64,000 nt of DNA from Antedon mediterranea (Eukaryota > Animalia > Echinodermata): positions 4,650,001 through 4,714,000 of the forward strand of contig NC_092674.1 of assembly GCF_964355755.1 (NCBI RefSeq), in the 5' to 3' direction. Below, piece by piece: positions 47,454 through 61,223 of this stretch. Both the position numbers and the translations under genes were made by a program. The notes beneath the pieces were generated by a model, which was given only the letters and a program-made list of their open reading frames with translations, ran no database searches and was not told the DNA's origin. Positions within the stretch are counted from its first letter, which is position 1. Every line of letters starts with the position of its first letter.

Positions 47454-48986
47454 CTGGAAAAGTAAAAAAATAACAAATGTACAATATAACAAATGTATTG
47501 ACAAATTAGTAATAAAACTTAAAAGTGGCATTTATATACCGTAGTAGCAAGAAGAGGATGTATGGAATGCCAACCATGCAAAAACCGATTATAATCATAC
47601 AAATGTTTTAAAATTTTAACAAATATTTCAGAGCAAGAAAGTAATATCTTGCTCATTAATTGTTAAATCATTGTCAAATTTGTTTTAGAAAGAAAAGTTC
47701 AGTTAATAGTGTTTTTAAGAAGACAGTATGATATAATAACATGTTATTGTTAGTACAATAAAAAGACAATAAAAGGTGTTGTTTTTAGGCCTAGTTTATT
47801 GTTCAACTGATACGCCTTCCAGTCAATGAATTGTATCACGTCAGTGAACGCTACACACATTAAAATGAACAACAATGCTGATCATTATCATATTCTCCTA
47901 AACCAATGAAATATGTCGTGTCAATATAACCCAGGACCTAGAAGCAGAGCAACAGACTTGATGGCCAGGAGAGAAAACTCATAAAAAACACAGTCAAAAT
48001 GGTCTCAAATAAACCTATTGAACCTTCCTATTCTACACTAAAAGCTTGAAAGTATGCAATAGACAACAAACAATGTTTTAAACAAGATGAAATTAAATCT
48101 AAAGTACAACATCTATGATTAAAAAAAGTTCAAACATATAGTAAAGAATGATTAAATTATCAGTTGACATCATTTTATATTGAAGAAATATTTACTTGTC
48201 CATAAAAAAATGGTATTATATATAACATTCAACAAGGGATATTTACTTATAAACATTGTATAATGAAGGGAGATAAAAAATATGGCATTGATAATCAATT
48301 GACAATATATATTTAAGCCTTAAGAACTTAATTAAAGTCTTGATACTTTTAAATGCACCACGGATATAAAAGTGTACATCTAGCACACAAAATGTAACTT
48401 TGTCTATAATTTATAATAATTCTACACAAATTAATATTCAATAAAAAGTACTTTCCTCAAAAAGGGGGTGCTATCATCCCCATTGTTAATCCGGAAATGA
48501 TTTTATGATAAGAAAAACCACAAACAATTAAAATAAATATGTATATTATGATGGTAACTCAGGTGTTTCGGATCGTTATCAAATAATTAAAAACAGAAAA
48601 GGCTAAGGATTTTAACCTCTAATCCAATAATTATATCTATTAACATTTCAATAATTGAATAAGAGTATTGAATAACTACACTTAACTGTGTAACTAGTGA
48701 ACAATTCATATATCTATCTAATTCTATATGACTGAATGTCATCATTGTTAATGTAGAAATGTCTAGAAAATATTTTTTTTTACCCAGGGGAGGGGGGAGG
48801 TTTGACGATGTTTGTGGTGGTTGAGAAGAGAATGCTAGTAAACCAATAACATATAGTACAAGTGCATTATAACACTCCATCACTGGGTACATAGGAAGTG
48901 TCTAGAAATGGCTGCGAGTTCTCACTGGCTACCCCCAGGGGCCTCAGAGCATGGGCAGTCCTAATTCAACTACCCATCATTGGAAG

Positions 48987-51032
48987 GGAGTGTTGACAAA
49001 GTGCAAGGCAGCGAGGCAAGCGAGGCATGCCAAATATTTGTGCGAGGCACCATTTTATCATATCCAAAAGTGCGAGGCATGCGAGGCATATAGTTTACAA
49101 TTTCAAAAAGGTGCGAGGCATATCTTAACGTGCTATTATGCTATATTATAGGCCTAATAATCAATCGATACAAGCGTATCTAATAGATTCGTGTATACAC
49201 TCATCATGTTGTTTATTTTTATATAACGATTGTTTTTTCATTCAAGTCATATCGTGTCAAATTTTACTTTTACAAAAGTGCCCAAACTACGGTTAAAAAA
49301 TCTGAACAACAGTCTTCAACTTTCGATAAACAATAATTGTTATAGCGACACACTCATCAAATGACTGCAATGTTTGTTGGCATTTCGAGCGTGTTCACTC
49401 ACATGTCTCTCGAACATAGCAGAGTGAAAATAATATTTTGTCACACCCCTGCGCCTAGATCCGGTAGACCCGAGAGATGGAAAATCCCTCTTTACTATTT
49501 AGCAGGTAGCGGAATGATTCAGCCCTCAGCTCAGAGGATTGTGGTGCATTCCCCTCCTATAGCACGTGGTTTCAGCAGCAACGCACAGACTTCTCTCTGA
49601 GCGGCGTGCCAAAGACATTTTTGACATTCCATTCTCTAGGAACAACACGTGTACCTCTCTCGCAAATAAGGTGAACAGCGATTGCCAGGACAAGTTCAAT
49701 AACTGGCGGTGAATAAAAGGTAACTGATATGGCGATCCAATAACATGCCGCAAAGAAAAAAATTGCGACAGAATTCTGGAGCGCGTGTGAAAAAAGACTT
49801 ACGTCCGACAATTGTAATACTAGGCCTAAAATTAAACTTTAGCTAATATGTTTAGCCCTAACCTAGATAAGAGGCCTATGTAGAAAATAATTTAATCAAT
49901 TTTGATATAATAATAATAATTGGTGTAATATTTAATAATGATACACTATTCCTGTTTTAGTAAGCTAGGTATATTACGAACGATTTTTATTTATTGTTGT
50001 CCATGTACGTACTAATAAACCTGGCGCTAGTTTCCTTCGCTTGTATTTTTACTCCAAATTTGATAACTAACTTTATCGTGTGAATACCACACCTTAGAAG
50101 TATACCTCATGAGTACTTTAATGAAAGAATCACATAAAAAGTAACAAATAAATCCTTAAATTAATGATTTTACAGGCGTGTTTCTCGCACACTGTTCGCG
50201 AATTTCACTTATTCAATGTTCAATATTTTTGTTTCTATGGAGCGCCAAAAGAGCAACGATAATAGAGGACTAAAACTCAGTGGAATGCGTCAATTTCTCA
50301 TGCATTTATTGGTGAAAAACACGTTTTATTTCAATATATTTGTTAATTTGTCAATAAAAATGCTGTAATATGTTACTGCTGATACTGTTCTGTTTTCAAA
50401 GAATAATAATCGATCCTAAATCAACATCACTACCTAGTCTAGACCTAGGACATCCTACTAAGGATATTATGATGAATTTTTCTGTTTTATTCTTTAAAAG
50501 GTTAACGAAACCGTGTACATTATCAACAGTAACATTTTTCCTTACTGACAGTGACAAAATCTATTGAAATTGTACTTGATTTTCACCAAATAATGCGTTA
50601 AATATAAATGGATTCCACAGTGTTTTTAGCCCTCTAATTAATTTTGCTCTTTTGGTGTTCCATAGAAACCAAAATATTGAACATTGAGTGTGCGAAATGC
50701 GAGAAAAACAACGTCTGTAAAATCACCAATTTAATGGATTTATTGTTATTTTTATGTGATTTTTCTTCATTAAAGTAGGCCTACTAATTCTAAGCTGTGG
50801 TATTCAGGATAAAGTTGGTTAAAATACAAGGCTTGTGCAAAAGGAAACTAGCCTAGCGGGCCTAGGCCTAGGCAGGCTACTTCAATTTCGGTGATTTCCT
50901 GCCTTGCAATTTTGAGAAATGATAAAATGATGCCTCGCATTTTTTGATGATGGTAAAACGATGCCTCGCATAAATTTCTGACTTGCCTCGCATGCCTCGC
51001 ATGCCTTCCCTGCCTCGCACTTTGTTACTACC
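48987..51032. mobile_element. 2-kb non-autonomous DNA transposon (Merlin- or MULE-like)
   Basis: GG...CC termini, TIR ACAAAGTGCrAGGCAG with repeated subterminal (T)GCGAGGCA at both ends, and 9-bp TSD CATTGGAAG (48978-48986 and 51033-51041). No transposase recognised. Confidence 0.8.
50026..50852. repeat. Long (about 300 bp) diverged inverted repeat / foldback element inside 48987-51032
   Basis: 50026-50320 is the reverse complement of about 50578-50852 (GCTAGTTTCCTT, TACTTTAATGAA, TCAATGTTCAATATTTT, CCAAAAGAGCAA, TTGGTGAAAA). Confidence 0.85.
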
Positions 51033-51807
51033 CATTGGAAGGCCTTTAGGAATGCTAAACCTTGGGCAATTTCCTCCCTATGTTATGTTATACCACTTTA
51101 CATGGGCACAGATCATTCATAAATTTCCTTTTTAAATAGTTCATGTATTATATTTAAATATTTATTTAAAGTTCGTTTTTAATGTTCTAGACTCATAAAC
51201 TGAACATATTTTATTGTCTTAATAAATCATTTTTTTTTTATAGTTTTATGGATGAGATGTTAATTGATTGATGAGTTCACAGGCAAGGCAATAAATAAAT
51301 ATTACAATATTGAATACCATATTGAACAATGTATTTAGTAACAGTTTTCAAAGTATTTAATAAAAACACATAGGCGAATCTAAGGATTCTTAACTTTTCA
51401 ATGCAAAAGATAGAATAACAGACCATGCTTCTTTGACTTTCTGCCATGAAAAAATAGTAGTAAGTATATGTTATATTTTTAAAAATTCAATAAATTCATG
51501 AATGATGTAGCCACAAGAGATAAAGTGGTGCGGTTTGTGCAAAAATAGGGAACATACGATCTCTGTTCAAGGCACTTGGTTGTCAAAGGTCTCTCTGTCA
51601 AAAAGTTGAAACCTTACCAACTGTACTGGTGGCTACAGCCATTTAATAGTATTTATTTGAAATATCTAACGCTACAAACCAATTAACCAACACGTGCACA
51701 TGTTAATATAATAATCGTGCATGTGTAAATTTTTCTCCAACACAAACACTGGTTTGTTTGCAAGTTTCATCAAATTATTATTGCCCAGGTAGTTTTTGGC
51801 ATTTTAA

Positions 51808-52267
51808 GAATGCAGACATTATCAATACAAGCAAAGTCCAAAATACAAATGTTTAAACTGTTTCCAATTATGTTTTCTGACATTTTTAGGGAAAAAGAAC
51901 AGCATTGCCACCACTTTAATAGCTTAAATAGTTGAATAAACTTGACCAGAAGGCAGACAATCTATAGTACAAGCAAAGTCTAAAATACATATGTTTAAAC
52001 TGTTTCCAACTATAAGGTTTTCTGACATTTTTAGGAAAAAGAACAGCATTACCAGCATTTTCTTTTAATAGTTTAATTCGTAAATAAACTTGACCAGAAT
52101 GCAGACAATCTTAGTACAAGCAAAGTCCAAAATACAAATGTTTTTACTGTTTCCAACTACAGGTATCATGTTTTCTGACATCTTTAGGGAAAAAGAAAAG
52201 CATTACCAGCATTTCTTTTAATAGCTTTTAAGCTATTTAAAAAAAGTTGAATAAACTTGACCAGAAT
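51808..52267. repeat. Tandem triplication, unit about 140-165 bp
   Basis: GCAGACA...TACAAGCAAAGTC.AAAATACA.ATGTTT..ACTGTTTCCAA...TTTTCTGACAT.TTTAGG.AAAAAGAA.AGCATT...AATAAACTTGACCAGAA occurs three times. Confidence 0.9.
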
Positions 52268-52490
52268 TCTGCTGTAATAATAAAGTGAATTCATTTTTAT
52301 TTTGATAGAGAACCATTCAATAACAAGCAGCAATGCTTGGAGCAGAATGCTCTGTAACCTTGGTACAATAGGCTGGTTCATGCTACATTTAGTGCATTGT
52401 AATTTAAGGCAACAGAAATTTTAATGGAGCGTCCATACCGGTTTCGTTTTTTTACTGAGATTGATTTTTTTTTTTATTTACAGTTTTTAA

Positions 52491-52821
52491 AGTATTTATT
52501 GTCCCCAAAAACCTGAAAAATAAAGATTAATAAAATCAGACTTTGAATAGGCCATTTTGCAGTTTTAATAAAGTAATTCACTCCTGTAGAAAAAACAACA
52601 ACAAAAATAATCATTTAACTTGTAAAAAGACAAAAGAAATGGTTAATTTTAAACCAAAAACCATTGTCAATTTAGGTATTTTTTGCTTTTAAATTACATT
52701 TTTTTCAGGAAATTGTTCTTTTCATCCAGTTTTTGGTCAAAGTGAATAACTATTATAACATTAATATGGCATATCCCAACAACAAATTTAAAAAAAAACT
52801 TTTTAGGGCGACAATATATCT
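52491..52821. mobile_element. MITE family B (Kolobok-like)
   Basis: TTAA|AG..TATTGTCCCC...GACAATATATCT|TTAA, colinear with 34831-35167. Confidence 0.8.
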
Positions 52822-53751
52822 TTAAACAACAATCTAACTAATATTGAACAATTCAATCCAATAAAATAAAAGAAATTAAAATTATGTACGGTTTAATTTA
52901 AGAAAATGTAAACTATTTAGTAAAATTACTTTATTTCTATACTGCATTCCTAAATTCCTTTTTATAGATTAAAAACATAAAGTTTTTAAAGAATAATTCA
53001 AATAATATTTAACAATAACAATTCAACCTAATATTTAAATGAAAAACAAATTAAAATTATATGGAGTTTAAATAATTGTTTTTGAGAAAATGTAAAATAT
53101 TAGTAGAATTATTTATTTCTATATTACATTCATAAAATGAAAAGAAAACAAACATTTGAAATTATAAATAATTTACCTAATGAACACATGGAATCAGTGT
53201 GTTGTTTATATAGTGTAAAACCACCTTTAACCAAAATTTGACTGATTTTATCATCTGGTAACTAAAAACAACATTCTCCTAGTTTCGTTATTCCTTTATT
53301 GGCATACAGGAATGAAAGATCTACACCTCTACTGTACCTATATGTAGGCCAGGTCAAGAAAGTTTATTTGAATAAAGCTTTTACCACCTATGAAGGACCA
53401 CAGCATACATTTTTATATGAAAGGTAAAGCGATTGAATATCGTCTTTTTTAAACTCCTGATAGTAGATTGTACCGTTATTGAATCCCATAATAGTACATA
53501 AAATATTTCTTTTTATCAAATAAAGTCAATTCATAAGTGTGTTTGCCTATCTAAAGAATGTCTAAATGGATTGTACAAATGACCATACAGTAGCACTGGG
53601 TAAAGAAAGTTGCTTTTGAATTGAACACATCACAGACAACATAAGTGGATTGCACTTTGAAACTGTTAATATTCTATAACTGTTCACAAAAACTATTATG
53701 GTTCTTTTAATAAAGTAATTGATGGTCTTTGGTTACAATTTTCTTCTATTT

Positions 53752-56700
53752 AGTTATCCGCTTGGTATACCAAGCGGATAACTCCTTGTTATTGTATGAG
53801 ATCAACATTTTTTTTCTGTATTATTAGTTATCCGCTTAGTAGCGGATAACTCCTTGTAATCGTCCTGTTTCATCAAATTTTTTTCCTGTATTATACTTCT
53901 TTCTTTCTGTCATTTTTGTGCGTCGTGTTTCTCTAAAACTTGCAAACAGAACATATCGTAACTTTGTCAACATATCGAAATTTACGTGAACTTGTGCACC
54001 TCCTATTTTTGAATGACGTCAGAGTTGCGCAACGTGACTTACGCGCGATTTTATGAATTTCAATGATTGATCATAGACTAAAAACCAAACATAATTTTGT
54101 TTTGACACTTTGTGAAAATTTAAGTCATATCAAGCGCAAACTTTCTATGGATTAAAAATAGCATGTTTCACAAGAAGTTACGCGCGCACGCGCGTTTAAA
54201 ATTTTAGAAAGCGAAAAATCAACTTCTAATCAACTTTCTATGCGTTTCATGTCATTTTGAGCATGTCAAAAATTCCCACGCGCGCGAAAATTTTTACGCA
54301 CGCGGTGCACACGTAGCGTTAAAAACATATTTTTTTCACGTGATTTATGTTTTTTCAGCCTTTTCTAGTAACGTTACCAAATTTTAAACAATTTCGACTT
54401 AAAATTACGTCATACGAGCACGTCGAATTAGATAATTTGCACGCGTTTTTGGTGAAAAAGTTCAAAAATTCGTCAAAATTATGCCTATTTTTAAACATTC
54501 ATAGATTCTAAACTACATGGGGAACTTTTTTTTAATTACATATTCTGGAAGTTGATGAGTTGTAGATATCGGATCATACATTAATATGGCTAACCGGACA
54601 TTGTGACGTCATCGTATGGCCACGCGAATATAAAATATAGGATTTTTGTCTCTTTCGTCATAGCTCATCACATTTAATAGAGCGCATCTCCACTTATTCG
54701 TTGTCCATTTTCACCCCGATTTTAATATATTCTAGGTCAATTAACTATCTTTTGCATGAATTTAAAATTTTTTAATTTTTTTAACGTCATCATGCCTAAA
54801 AATTTAAATTACTTTAGTCATTAATTTTATCTTTACAGTAAATTTTAATCTGTTATAGCTCGTAAGAATAAAATGTGATAATCACGATTAAAACGTTTTC
54901 AGGAAGCTATTGTATTGTAGATACAAAATCATGTGAAAATTGTGCCAATCGAATGTTGTGATGTCATCATATGGCCAGTTATATAAAAAAAGTCGTATTT
55001 TCATCTTTTGCGTTATATTTCATTACATTTAAAAGAGCGCGCATCAATATTTCACGTATTCAAATTTCTTCTACACGTTAATATGTTGTTGCTGAGATAA
55101 TTTCATTCTGAAATTTCTACTTTTGCATTTCATTTTGAAGCCGTCAAGATGTTAAAAATTACAATAAAATACGGGTCCCGTAATTTCACCTATTTTACAC
55201 TGTTTGTGATATGTATACAGATTGTACTGTGTATACTATGTATATGACACAAAATAACAGAATTCAGAAATAACATATCATATTCTTCAGTTCAGGTCAT
55301 AATGCCTTAATATTTTTCTGTGTGCAATATTCTAACGTATGACGTGCACGTGGCGTTTGTCGAGCGGATAACTAACTCGTCAAAGTGACGAGTTTCATGT
55401 CTAGTTCTTCTTTCCATCCTTCCTTTTTGTGGATCGCGTTTCTCTAAAATGTGTAAACATAACATTTCATAACTTTGACAACATATGGGCATTTACGTGA
55501 AGTTGTGCACCTCCTATTTTTGAATGACGTCATAGTTGCGCAACGTGACTTACGCGCAATTTTATGAATTTCAATGATTGATCATAGATTAAAAACCAAA
55601 AGTCATTTAGTATTGACACTTTGACAAAATTTAAGTCATATCAGGGGCAAACTTTCTACGGATTAGAAATGGCATGTTTCACAAGAAGTTACGCACGCAC
55701 GCGCATTTAAAATTTCAAAATGCGCAAAATTAATTTCTAATCAACTTTTTATGCGTTTCTTGTCATTTTGAGCATGTCAAAAATTCCCACGGGCGCGCAA
55801 TTTTTTACGCACGCGGTGCGCACGTAGCGTTAAAAACATTTTTTTTTTCTTGAATTATATTTTTCAAGTCTTTCCTAGTAATTTTGAAAACAATTTAGAC
55901 CTTTTCCAATTTAAATAACGCCACACGAACACGTTGAATTAAACATTTCATGCGCGTTTTTTATGAAAAAGCTTAAAAAATCGTCAAAATTTTGTCTTTT
56001 TTTAAACAGTCATAGTTTCTAAAGTAAACCGTGAACCGTTTATTTTTATTACAAAATCTAGAAGTTGATGAGTTGTAGATATCGGATCATGCATCGATAA
56101 GGCTAAAAAAACATTGTGACGTCATCGTATGGCCACACGAATGTAAAATATAGGATTTTTGTCTCTTTCGTTATTGCTCATCACATTCAATGGAGCGCAT
56201 CACGCTTATCTGTTTTCCTTTTTCTCCTACATTTATACATTGTGTAGGTCAATCAACTTTCTTTAGCATGAGATAAAAATATTTTAATTTTTATGACGTC
56301 ATCATGCCTAAAAATTTTAATTACGTGGGTCATTAATTTCATCTTTACAGTAAATTTTATTCTGTAATAGCTCGTAAGAATAAAATGTGATAATCACGAT
56401 TAAAACGTTTTCTGGAAGCAATTGGATTGTAGATACGAATTCATGTAAACATTTTGCCAATCGGATGTTGTGACGTCATCATATGGCCAGTTGAATAAAA
56501 AAAGTTGTATTTTTATATTTTGCGTAATAGTTCATCACATTTAAAAGGGTGCGCATCTATATTTTACGTATTCAAATTTCTTCTACACGTTAATATGTTG
56601 TTCCTAAGATAATTTCCTTCTGAAATTGCTATCTAAGTGTTTCATTTTGATACCGTCGCCATGTTAAAAATTGGAATAAATGGCGGGTCCCGTAATTTCA

Positions 56701-56927
56701 CCTATTCTACACTGTATGTAATATGTATACAGATTATACTGTTTGCATGTATATACTATATGACACAAAATTGACAGAATTCAGCACTAACAGCATATCA
56801 TATTCTTCAGTTCTTGTCATAATGCCATAATCTTTATCTGTGTGCAATATTCCAACGTATGACGTGCACGTGGCGTTTGTCGTGGTGCGGATAACTAACT
56901 CGTCAAAGTGACGAGTTTCATGTCTAG
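53752..56927 (+). mobile_element. Helentron/DINE-1-like element (outer copy) with a second copy nested at 53826-55404
   Basis: Two successive 5' ends (AGTTATCCGC..GCGGATAACTCCTTG at 53752 and 53826), two bodies of about 1.5 kb, and two 3' ends (GCGGATAAC-T-AACTCGTCAAAGTGACGAGTT-TCATGTCTAG at about 55404 and 56927). Homologous to 36747-37951. Confidence 0.85.
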
Positions 56928-57025
56928 TTTGTTTTCACATTGTAAGTTGTTTTTGTAGACATTTTATTTGATTTTGTTGAATAAGCAATAGGTAATTGGA
57001 AGAGCCTTCTAGATGATAGACGAAA

Positions 57026-57192
57026 AGCTCTGTCTACACTATTATTAAACTTTATGTGACAAACAAATGTGATGTGCCAATATATGGACATGATGATGTC
57101 ATATCACTACCATATTTAAGCATATCACTATCATATTTGGGCACATCACACTTTTTTTTGTCAAACTTAAGTTTTATAGTGTAGGCAGAGCT
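57026..57192 (+). mobile_element. MITE family A
   Basis: TIRs and core. Confidence 0.85.
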
Positions 57193-57470
57193 TAAACCTT
57201 TTGTTCAACATGCTTTCAGCGAATAGGTCAACAATTTTGTGTCAAGTGTTGTTGAAAATACCCATTCTCATAAAGCATTGTGTAAAGCAGTCCAATAAAA
57301 AGCATTGGAATCTGAAATGAAACTAGTGCCTCCCAGTGGGCCACATTTTTTGGCTCAAAGAACAATTTATATGTCTTGTTTCCTCCAATATTTATGACAT
57401 TAGGTTTGTAAGAGTCCAACCTTTCCATAAAAAATAAAAGTACAAGGGAGTGGGCATACTGTGTATTATA

Positions 57471-57628
57471 CAATAGTAACTCTATTCAGGGGACACTGTA
57501 AGGACTCGTCCGCAAACGTTGTCCACTGAAAAGGTGTTTTGGCTGAGGTGTTATAATAACATAATTGCCTCTCATTTTTTTCACAGGGCTCTCTTCTCAA
57601 AAGTGGTCTAAAAAGAGGTTTCTATTTG
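57471..57628. mobile_element. Tc1/pogo-type MITE remnant; related pieces at about 33050-33170 and 58911-59210
   Basis: TA-flanked CA(G/A)TAG(A/T)A...TTCTA(C/T)TG termini and repeated CTATTCAGGGGACAC motif. Confidence 0.5.
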
Positions 57629-59665
57629 TAATATAACTTGTTCTATTTCTTTATAGTATGATATTAATAACAGTAATATGTTTATATTGAACTTTGGCCA
57701 AATAAATCAATTACATTTAACATAATTGTAACCATGTGTTTTTGATGAGAAAATCTTTTATTTCTAATTTTGCAGGCAAGTGGTAATATAAAGACTAATG
57801 CAGGTATATTTCTAAGCATAGAGCGATTTGAATAAACAATTCATTCAAATATGTACAGATATATCTCCATGTGATTATTACCTATTCATTAGATTCCTAA
57901 TCTTAGTTATACAATTCTTTCTTTAATAACAACAATAGCTTTATTGAAATAGTTGTGCGTTGATGTTGACAAAAACAGCCTGGATAAATAGACCTGTTGA
58001 TCAAACCAGAGATTTACCTTGATCAATGGATCAATAGAATTATAATGAAAAGAATGACGACTCCCAAATGAATTGTGTTAAAATATGTACCTATACATAG
58101 TGACTATTTAAATAATTGTTTACTACGCATAATATTACAAATAAACAGTAATTGAAAGATGTATAAACCAGTTAAGTTCCCAACTACAGTTGAGTCTATT
58201 CAGAAAAAATATAGAGGATTATTCCTCAAATTAAATAGTATTTATGTGTGGGGTGATAATGTGTGAGGTCCAAAAAAAAAACTAATTTTAAAGCTTATGT
58301 AACCACTATATATTAAAACATACTGTAGAATAGCCTATTATACAGTTCTGTGAGAAAGCGTGGTTTGGTGGTAGTTTACCAGTCCTTCATCCAGTCACAA
58401 TTCACTGCAGGATTTTTCAAACAATCAATACATTGCCAATATATTGTAGCTTTAAGAGACTTGGTTTTGAAATCATCCTGTAACCGGTGAGACATGTGCT
58501 TGCCATTTGCGGGGTTGGGAAGGTGCAAAAATAACTACCTACAGTACCGTACTGTATTTTTAAATACAGATAAAAACCCATACCCTGGGGTCCAAAAGTG
58601 GTCTATAATAAGGCTTGATTTAAACAACATTGATTTGTTAATATTTTTTTTCAAAGGTATATTTATTCATAAAAAAAAAGAAATCAATAATACAACGGCA
58701 GCCAAAAGGCTGAAAAGAAGTATTTTACACTATTTGATAAAAAGAATATATAAATATTATAGTCACGGCACTTTGTAATCATCGTGAGACTTGTTTAGCA
58801 TTTCATTGCTTTCCTAATCAAGCATAACATTAATTTCACTAATTACAATAGAAAGGTAATCAACCTTTATTAACCAAGCCTTTTTAATCATATTTTAAAC
58901 TGTTTAACAACAGTAGAAGCCCTCCTTTGAGACATCCCTATACAGGCAACACCTTTAATAAGGGGACACTTAATACAAAACGAATGAGAAGAAAAACATG
59001 TTTCAACATTACAGTAACCTCTTTTATTCAGGGAATACCCCAGGAAATACCCTAACATACAGAAGACACCTCTAACAAGGGGACACTTACTAAGAAAGAA
59101 CAAGAAGAATTGTATGTTTCAACATTAAAAATAACCTCTCTTATTCAGGGCATACCCATATTTAGGGAACATCCATATTTATAGGCCCTACAGTAAATGT
59201 GTCCCTCTAATATTACATTTCTAATTCGAACTGTTATTCTTATCAGACAATATTATGTAATAATTACATTAACTACTGTATTAATCTGAGTTAATTTAAA
59301 TACTTCTGTTGAGGGCATTGTGAAATTATTAAATTAGCTATCATCTATTAAAAGAATAAATATGTTCAATTATTGATGCATTATTTCCCTTCTCCCTCTC
59401 CACTTCCCATTTCTGCCTTCTCACTTTCCCCGTAATTTGATGAACTTTAATGCACACAAAATTAGTATGTTAACACTCATTCTAATATCAGAATTGAATT
59501 CATATCCTGTAGAGTTATTATATAATGCACAAGACGTCTGCATAATATTATCTCTCACTGATTGAACTTAAATTGAAAACAACGAGCAGTTTATATCCTA
59601 AAGCAAAGTAATCGTAATGTCATTTATAAATTGATATTAACTTGTGAATATTCTGATTAATTGTT

Positions 59666-59820
59666 TCATTTGGTATGACATCAATGATCAAATCACTTTT
59701 ACTAGAGAGCTGAGGTGTCATTTGGTGTATGACATCAATAATCAAATCACTTTTACTAGAGAGCTAAGGTGTCATTTGGTATGACATCAATAATCAATTA
59801 ACTTTTACAAGAGAGCTGAG
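59666..59820. repeat. 52-54 bp tandem repeat, 3 copies
   Basis: TCATTTGGTATGACATCAATrATCAAATCACTTTTACTAGAGAGCTrAGGTG. Confidence 0.9.
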
Positions 59821-60107
59821 ATAGTTATTTTTCAAAACAGAAATATAGACAATATATCATTTTTATATGACAATTTTTGAAAAATGAAAAATGTGAATAA
59901 TAGTCTTTCTATTTGCTTTTATACAGATTTGAAAAAATAGACTTTGGACTTTAACCAAACTATATTGACCAATTTCGTTATTCATAATGGCGAAAACATT
60001 CAATCAATATTCTTTCAATTTAAATCCTAGAATATGTCTCAATTTGATTGTTTTTCCAATATTATTTAAGAATTTAATTTTGGCATAGAAACTACAGTAT
60101 TTCATCA

Positions 60108-60495
60108 ATGAATTGAATTGAATTGAATTTATTTGGAAAATCATCATAAAAAATACATACAAAGTGATAACATAAATTACGGACATTACAAATAATACAT
60201 TTATAAAAGATTTTCCAGGATAGCCCAAAAAGCTTGTTAGCTTATTTCCATTGGGATCCTTTTACAATCTAAAATAAAAAATATAAACATTACAAAGTAT
60301 AGCATTAAACACGTAAATATAACAAAAACAGTAATATAAAAAACAAGTTAAATTAAAAACTATGATTGACTTATAAAGTTATTTGGTTGAACAGAAATGT
60401 GATTTAACATTTTTCTTAAAATTAAATTTGTTTTCTATTTGTTGAATGGAATGAGGTAGGTTATTCCATGCCTTTATGCCTGTATAATAAAACAT
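60108..60495 (-). mobile_element. L2/Crack/CR1-group LINE 3' fragment
   Basis: The minus strand reads FYYTGIKAWNNLPHSIQQIENKFNFKKNVKSHF...* (WN.LP..I.....FK motif), then a 3' UTR stem-loop GGATCCCAATGGAAATAAGCT..AGCTTTTTGGG and an (ATTCA)n tail. Confidence 0.82.
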
Positions 60496-61223
60496 GAAAC
60501 AAAGTCTTCTGTTAATTTTAAATACAATACAAAACCCTGAATGAATATGACCACATATCTGTGTGTTATCTATATATCTCAGTATTAATTATCACAGTTT
60601 GTTCTTGAAAGTGGGTATTCTAAAGGGCTTATTCCATGTTTTGTTGTACAGTTTTGTGGTTGGTTGGCTGCCTTGCAATCTCAATTAACCAAACTGTTGT
60701 TGGCTCAACAAACTCTTTTAGATCATTTCACAACTTGGATTTAAAAGAGGATTAAGGAGATTTAGCAAAAGCAAACTCACAGAATGACAAAAAAAGATGT
60801 AAATATCACAGATAATTAAGTTTTAAAGGAAAGGTTAAATATCTGAGGTAATTAATTTGTTGGACTAAAGAAAGAAAATTGGACGGCGAAATGGAGAATA
60901 AAGCTTTAGCTTACATTAACCAACCAGATGTTTACTGTAATAGAATATCATATATCAAAGTAGTAGTATTTACGGTAGGTATTCTATGAGTGACTTACCT
61001 GGGTAAACATACAATAGCCCTTGTTTGGAGAGGTATGATACAAAAAGATAGAAACTCCCCTGAGCACCCCTTCTGCGATAATGGACTTGTCTAACAACCC
61101 TAGCCCAACCACATGTCCCAATCATCATTTATTAATATTGAGAAGAATCTTATAGTTTGTTTTTGTTTGTCAAGCCAAGTTTCAATAGCATGCAGTCTCC
61201 TTCAGGATAATAGTATAATAAAA

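Noticed and set aside
49361-49811. Transposase remnant in short ORFs inside the 2-kb element
   Set aside because: No DDE, HTH or zinc-finger motif is recognisable by eye. A blastx search would be needed.
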